Part shown: piece by piece, positions 61,156 to 64,000 of the stretch
How the letters are laid out: every line of letters begins with the position of its first letter
Position numbering within the stretch: the stretch's first letter is position 1
Assembly: GCA_043228905.1 (NCBI GenBank)
Contig: JBHGNT010000001.1
Location: 13,826,001 to 13,890,000, forward strand
Direction of reading: 5' to 3'
Length of the DNA: 64,000 bases
Source of the DNA: Azolla caroliniana
Taxonomy: Eukaryota; Plantae; Polypodiophyta
The notes under the pieces: generated by a model
Database searches by the model: none
What the model saw: the letters and a program-made list of their open reading frames with translations, nothing else
What the model was told of the DNA's origin: nothing
Made by a program: the position numbers and the translations under genes

Positions 61156-63705
61156 AATACATTCATACACATTAGCACCAACAATGTATAAACCTAAGCA
61201 ACTATTGTATTCTGACATTGGGACGTTGATGCACCTGACCAAATGAGAGTACATGTACGTCGTTGGTTTGTCTTCTAACAGCCTGTACACATATTCGTAG
61301 TCATCTAGTTTTGCATAAAAAATGCCTTCGATGTAGAATGTCCCGGCAGATACAAAATTTCCCCATGCATCTATAATATTCTGCCTTGCACACTGTTTAC
61401 TAACCGTGCCTTCTTCAGCATTTACAGCGAAGTTATCCCCAACGTTCAGGACATCACTCAAAGTATCTCCAAGTCCCTCATATGTGAAGTCAGCATTCTG
61501 CCCTATTTCTCCATCAACTGCTTCCTTATCATTCAGAGTGTGATACTCCCAATTCTGAATGTATGCTTTGTTTAGACAATATCTCCAATTTCCCTACACA
61601 CAATGGAAGCAAAAACAAGTCAATTCTCTAACCGCAATACAATGACCATCCAACCTCGAATAACCGCGAACAGCATGCAGAGATCGCAATTCAGGAATTC
61701 CTTGGCACTCCCAGGTCTTCTCCCTATTTACTTCATCTATCTTCACTTCCCAAAATTCACGTTTGATATCTCGGACTTGCGAGGAATAAACACCTATTGC
61801 ACTCATTGACATATTTGTTCTTAAAAATTCAACTACATGTGCACACCATCTGTCTTTAGTTGTTCATGGGTAAGTGCCCGCTTTATAACAGCCCCTGCAC
61901 CATCATGTTCACCTTTACCATGGCCAGACCCAAAAAAATTCCATCTCATCTCCAAACCTGTTATAGTAGGATACCTCCCCACAAAATAAAATGGACGTCA
62001 AGCCTTGAATTGTGACGCAGCTCCGTCAGACCAGACCCAATGTTGAGTAAGCTCCAAACGTTGAGCTAATAACCACTACCAATTGTGAAAGTGTTTTTAG
62101 AAGCTAAGCCATTGAACACTAGATGGATATAAAGTATGGATAATTCACATTTGGAGGCTAAGAACACGAACCAAGACCTTAGGAAGAAGTCAAAAGTAAA
62201 AGTAAGAGACCAAGAGAAAAGTAAAAAGAGAAAAAGCGGACCATAAAAAACAGTAAAAAAGGAATGGTCATAACTCCTTCGTTTTTCACCCAAATATTAT
62301 GTTTAAATATGGGTTAGAAAGCTTGTAAAGAGAGCTATCTATAGCGTTTTAAATCACTAAATTCGGAGCTCTGAGGAAGGAGATATGACGATTAGAAGGT
62401 CGTTGGGTCTTAGCTAAAAACAGGAGATAAAAAGCTTCTAAAAATAGCGTGAACGAGGAAGAAGAAGAAAATTATAAAAGAGGAAGTGATAGTCATAGAC
62501 GGGGGAACGAATAGGGAGAGGATCCTAATAGAGGAGAGGGAGTCTTAGGAAGAGAAATCTTAGTAATAGAGGAAGGGTCTTAATTGTGGTTTTTGAGTGA
62601 TTGGTAGTAAGAAGGTATTTGGTTTCTTAGTTGAATGTGGAGTTTATCTCCTTTGTATTGTCTTGATGATGGAATATCATAACAATATTATCTCTTTCAC
62701 ATCTTCTCTATCTTTTTTTCTTAATTTCTTGAGTCTCTCTTGATCTATATAATATATTATGAGTCACAACTCCATCTAACCGGTTTGGTCAAGCCCTCAT
62801 ATTGTGTACGACTATCATCTGTCTTAAACACCCTATCACCAATGTAACTTAAAACATTGTTGGACGAACAAGGTATCATGCTTCTTATCATCAGAAATAA
62901 AGAAATGAATTACTTTTTTAACATACCTGAAACTCGAAAATATGTTATGTGCACCTGAAACTCGAAAATATGTTCTGTGTACAAAAATGGTTACCTGAAC
63001 TGAACACCAATGCATAGATTGAATTTCATTCTACTGCTTGAAAGTATAATTCTCTGCGAAATCTACTACTGAGACTACTACATCATTTGGGAAATCAGAT
63101 ATGCAAGTCTTAAACTGATGGACCTGCCATGAATAAATGAAGTTGTGTTTAATGAACTTTCCTAGAGATACTACAAACAGAGACACCAAATCCCTTGGTT
63201 TAAGCATCTTCCGAACTAGATCCTTTCTTTTACACACCTTTCCTTCGAAATTGGTGTTCACTGACTCAAATAACTTCACAGAGATCAATATTTCACTACT
63301 CAATTCATTTGGACACCACCTAAATCTAGTAGGGCCACAATCTTGACATAAACCCATGACACATTTATGACTATGGAAGATAGCATCAGTTTCTCTCGAA
63401 CACAATATTGAATCTAATAAATAACTCATGGAAGAGATAACGTGCTCAGATGATTTACACTCCTCTTGCGGGCTTGATTGACAGATTGGGCACCCACATG
63501 TGCAAACTGTATTAGTTAGGGATGCACAATGGTGACGTAGTAGATTAACATAGTCCTTCAAAAAACCCATCTGTACATGGTAAATGCAACAACATGTGTA
63601 TCAATCCTTTAAGCGTCTCACAAAGTGTGGCTTAAGAGACTCGAATGTTTATAGTTGAACTTTGATATTTGGATGCATTCGTTTGAACCTAATAAATAAA
63701 TCGAC
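61129..63705 (-). pseudogene. Sola-like (probably Sola2-type) DDD transposase with Cys-rich clusters, interrupted by a solo LTR; upstream exons lie beyond the window
   Basis: FESLKPHFV..., CCCIYHVQ, CTCGCPIC, KCVMGLCQDCG, VVDFAENYTF, FISDDKKHD, WVWSDGAASQFK, WNFFGSGHGKGEHDGAGAVIKR, RELTCFCFHC. Several in-frame stops. Splice acceptor at 63706-63707. The superfamily assignment rests on remembered motifs. Confidence 0.75.
62084..62838. mobile_element. Solo LTR (755 bp) with TSD CCAAT, inserted in the transposase core
   Basis: TG...CA termini, with CCAAT at 62079-62083 and 62839-62843. Removal joins FVQQCFKLHW to *WLLAQRLELTQHWVWSDG. Confidence 0.88.
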
Positions 63706-63719
63706 CTACGTAATAAAGG

Positions 63720-64000
63720 GGAATTAGTTATTCTCGTAACTAGCTAACTATCCTAGTAGCTAATTAGCTATTCTAGTACCTAATTAGCTATTCTAGTAGC
63801 TAATTAGCTATTCTAGTAGCTAATTAGCTATCATGGTAGCTAATTAGCTATTCTAGTAGCTAATTAGCTATCATGGTGGCTAATTAGCTGTCCTAGTAGC
63901 TAATTAGCTATCATGGTAGCTAATTAGCTATCATGGTAGCTAATTAGCTATCATGGTGGCTAATTAGCTGTCCTAGTAGCTAATTAGCTATCATGGTAGC
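63720..64000. repeat. 20-bp tandem array (TAGCTAATTAGCTA + 6-nt spacer TTCTAG/TCATGG/TCCTAG) in a transposase intron; continues past the window edge
   Basis: Direct reading, about 12 regular units. Confidence 0.93.

Larger units (their letters stand above)
33000..64000. mobile_element. Putative large Sola-like DNA transposon with cargo genes, disrupted by four Copia insertions and a solo LTR; ends not identified
   Basis: Transposase at 61129-63705. The same TAGCTAATTAGCTA motif recurs at ~55530-55570, 58340-58965, 60960-61030 and 63720-64000, linking the cargo genes to the transposase. The left limit is approximate (abrupt junction with Copia sequence at ~32710). Confidence 0.55.

Noticed and set aside
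61129-63705. In-frame stops as candidates for U-to-C RNA editing or readthrough
   Set aside because: Such editing is organellar. The locus also has frameshifts and an LTR insertion, so methylation-driven decay is sufficient.
63720-64000. Palindromic repeats with short spacers resembling a CRISPR array
   Set aside because: Spacers are only 6 nt and themselves repeated, there are no cas genes, and the context is a eukaryotic intron.

Overview
Eukaryotic, TE-dense DNA. Spliceosomal introns, tRNA-iMet-primed Copia elements, a self-priming chromovirus and RTE/RTEX-like LINEs point to a plant, most plausibly a seed-free one (fern, lycophyte or bryophyte; this is inference). Most of the window is nested mobile DNA: at least 8 Ty1/Copia copies (one near-intact, 36010-41426, single 1372-aa ORF, ~99% identical LTRs), a Ty3/Gypsy chromovirus (24165-29662), solo LTRs, a small non-coding LTR element, two LINE families and a MITE. 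Many boundaries are fixed by target-site duplications (TSDs) read directly from the sequence. The only convincing host gene is a small secreted Gly/His/Asp-rich protein (13883-14221, minus). The most unusual structure appears when the Copia insertions at 33.9-54.8 kb are removed. What remains is a large, degenerate DNA-transposon-like unit running off the right edge. It carries a Sola-like DDD transposase (minus), two paralogous intron-containing genes (novel 'NNE-x4-FARAFA-x-E' domain + coiled coil + RING-H2) and an FCP1/NIF-type HAD phosphatase-like gene. Its introns are packed with arrays of a 14-bp palindrome (TAGCTAATTAGCTA) and of telo-box motifs (TAGGGTTT). Other notable points are tRNA-like Pol III cassettes inside two unrelated LTR families, an 11-nt Tf1-type self-priming signal, a 777-bp hairpin-ended insert with a 14-bp duplication, and gag/LTR-swapped Copia mosaics. 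All family assignments come from motif recognition by eye, with no database search.
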